Of a stretch of DNA of 64,000 nt, positions 63,755 to 64,000 are shown piece by piece. Below the pieces are notes generated by a model. It did not search any database and was not told where the DNA came from. It saw only the letters and a list, made by a program, of their open reading frames with translations. Each line of letters starts with the position of its first letter. The stretch's first letter is position 1. The DNA lies in assembly GCA_013239625.1 (NCBI GenBank), contig MU053520.1:1207103-1271102 (forward strand), in the 5' to 3' direction. Made by a program: the position numbers and the translations under genes. The DNA comes from Lama guanicoe. Its lineage: Eukaryota.

Positions 63755-64000
63755 AAAATAGGGAGCAATGTAACATTTCAAAGTATCTAACAGGGACATC
63801 ATTTTAAGTAGTAGACAGTGATTTCTAAATATACACTGCACAGATCTCCTAGGAAGCTACTTATTCATAAGAACCTCAGGGAACATTTTCTGTCATAACC
63901 TGAGGTTAATCACAAGGAAGCTGCCTCCAAATCAGGAACCTCATTGTTTTGCACAAGCAATATGCACTGTGCCCAACTATTGGCTAATTCCACATATAGA

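Noticed and set aside
1..64000. tRNA, snRNA, 7SL, rRNA genes or processed pseudogenes
   Set aside because: No recognisable sequence found by eye; a covariance-model (Rfam) search would be needed to exclude small RNAs

Overview
Mammalian (eutherian) genomic DNA, AT-rich and CpG-poor, dominated by transposable-element fossils: LINE-1 of several ages, LINE-2, MIR, MaLR/ERVL/ERV1 solo LTRs and MER5/MER20/MER58-type DNA transposons. One 89-N assembly gap is present. I find no protein-coding gene, RNA gene or CRISPR/prokaryotic system. The only ORFs with recognisable protein similarity are decayed L1 ORF1/ORF2 pieces. The young L1 3' ends look cetartiodactyl, and I saw no Alu, Bov-A/tA, PRE-1 or B1/B2 SINEs, which suggests a camelid-like genome (inference). 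The window reads as intergenic or deep intronic. The most notable structures are a 52-bp near-perfect templated duplication inside an LTR, a sense-antisense-sense rearranged L1, ultra-short L1 insertions with TSDs, a possible Gypsy integrase fossil and candidate splice-bounded exons near 48.4-49.1 kb. Repeat family names come from recalled consensus similarity, not a database search. Boundaries are approximate unless TSDs or terminal TG..CA are cited.
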